IMG/VR virus record: IMGVR_UViG_3300037313_000557
Span: 1-41,439 of that record
Reading direction: 5' to 3' (one strand)
DNA length: 41,439 bases
From: a virus
Of the stretch, positions 40,680-41,439 are shown piece after piece (the stretch's first letter is position 1; each line of letters starts with the position of its first letter). The translations under genes and the position numbers were made by a program. The notes beneath the pieces are model-generated. The model saw only the letters and a list, made by a program, of their open reading frames with translations, was not told where the DNA came from and made no database searches.

Positions 40680-40705
40680 TAAAATACCCCGTGACTATGC
40701 CTGAA
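40680..40705 (+). promoter_or_regulatory. late-region motif copy C: TAAAAT-N5-(G)TGACTATGCCTGAA
   Basis: The 14-mer is at 40692-40705, 11 nt upstream of the tail fibre 1 ATG. Here it forms the loop of a 7-bp hairpin, TACCCCG/CGGGGTA. Confidence 0.5.
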
Positions 40706-40715
40706 CGGGGTACAG

Positions 40716-41439
40716 ATGAGCGTCGTTGACATCACTTTTCCAGGCAACATTTCCCAAGTGGCGACGGCGGCTCTGTTGCGGACTGTGCCGTCAGCCTTCA
40801 TCAAAGGCGACGATCTGTATTACGTGCCCGAGGTGAAGGCCATCTTTGGCTGGGATGGCTCGTCACTGGCGAACGATGACGGCACCACGGTTCTGCGTCC
40901 AAACGACATTACGCCGCTTCAGATGGGGCGGTGGGTGCTCGCCATCGGTAAAGGATCGCCGGCAACAAACGCGCTGCAAGTCTCCACCGATGACGATTTT
41001 GTCGGCGCCTTTTACACGACAGTACAGGGGCTCGCGGATCGTACCAGAATCAGGCTAGCCGCAGACCTGCACATTTACGTGCGAACGGATGGAAGCGATA
41101 GCAATACTGGCCTTGCCGATAGCGCGGCCGGGTCAAAGCTGACCTGGCAAGCGGCGTTCGACCTCGCCGCGTCGTTCGATTTGAACGGTTTCAACATTAT
41201 TGTCGCGGCCGGTGCACAGAGCGGCGTGAGAACGTGGAACTTCAGCGAGATACAAGTAAGGCAGTTGGTGGGGAAAGGCCGCCTCTATGTAAGGGGCAAT
41301 GGCGATAACACCGTGTTGAATGCCAGCGGACAGTGCTTTTCTCTCTACGACACTCTCGCGCCAATCTACTTCGGAAGTGTAAAGCTTATCAGCGGCGGCG
41401 GATATGGCACGATTGTTGTCAATGGCGCGTCGTCTATCG
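40716..41439 (+). CDS. tailspike/tail fibre protein 1, 5' part (continues at 128..918 across the circular join; about 504 aa in total)
   Basis: ATG at 40716, with no stop before the window end. The N-terminus MSVVDITFPGNISQVATAALLRTVPSAFIKGDDLYYVP is paralogous to the N-terminus of the 938..3097 protein. The motif VRTDGSDSNTGL resembles the start of right-handed beta-helix (pectate-lyase-fold) depolymerases. Confidence 0.75.
   Translation, partial: MSVVDITFPGNISQVATAALLRTVPSAFIKGDDLYYVPEVKAIFGWDGSSLANDDGTTVLRPNDITPLQMGRWVLAIGKGSPATNALQVSTDDDFVGAFYTTVQGLADRTRIRLAADLHIYVRTDGSDSNTGLADSAAGSKLTWQAAFDLAASFDLNGFNIIVAAGAQSGVRTWNFSEIQVRQLVGKGRLYVRGNGDNTVLNASGQCFSLYDTLAPIYFGSVKLISGGGYGTIVVNGASSI
41313..41439. 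repeat. terminal direct repeat, copy 2 (identical to 1..127)
   Basis: Same comparison as copy 1. A length of 127 nt matches a commonly used maximum assembler k-mer. Confidence 0.9.

Noticed and set aside
1-41439. CRISPR arrays, rRNA genes, transposases/IS elements, a diversity-generating retroelement, and toxin-antitoxin pairs.
   Set aside because: There are no regularly spaced repeat-spacer arrays, no rRNA-like sequence, no transposase or reverse-transcriptase motifs, and no template/variable repeat pair near the tail fibres. No small gene pair has recognisable toxin or antitoxin motifs.

Overview
The window appears to be one complete, circularly closed temperate phage genome. Bases 1-127 are identical to 41313-41439, so the unique length is about 41,312 bp, and one ORF reads in frame across the join. 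GC content is high and genes are tightly packed, mostly joined by ATGA, GTGA, TGATG, TAATG or TAGTG stop/start overlaps.

Layout:
- Rightward arm (20263 to 41439, continuing into 1 to 4935): Cro-like repressor, a GIY-YIG/T5orf172-like protein, small early genes, a DUF1064-like protein, a DnaA-domain-IV-like HTH protein, two ParB-like proteins, and a replication-initiator-like HTH protein with internal iteron-like repeats.
- The rightward arm continues with TerS-like and TerL, portal, scaffold and an N4-gp56-type major capsid protein.
- Next comes a P22-type tail machine (gp4-like, gp10-like, needle-like, three large ejection proteins), then one reverse-oriented secreted moron.
- It ends with two receptor-binding proteins that share an N-terminal anchor, and a lysis cassette with overlapping spanins.
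- Leftward arm (20188 down to 5029): CI-like S24 repressor, an OL/PL-like region, many small early genes, a compact RNA ligase, Rad52-like annealase, SSB, a DUF968/Ref-like protein, and xis and int.
- After int come an attP candidate and a 5-kb accessory arm with an HNH-plus-Lar-like fusion and unknown proteins.

Most interesting observations:
1. The attP candidate carries the 5' half of a tRNA-Ser(UGA) behind a near-consensus promoter.
2. A 90-140 nt structured intercistronic repeat occurs three times in the leftward operon, with a hairpin that covaries between copies.
3. A perfectly conserved 14-nt motif follows a -10-like hexamer at three late-gene boundaries.
4. There are two receptor-binding proteins, one of them ending in an SGNH esterase domain.

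I found no CRISPR array, rRNA or complete tRNA. All family assignments come from motif recognition by eye, not from searches. I could not identify a recognisable multi-gene defence system; the accessory arm 5029-10095 is the best place to look for one.
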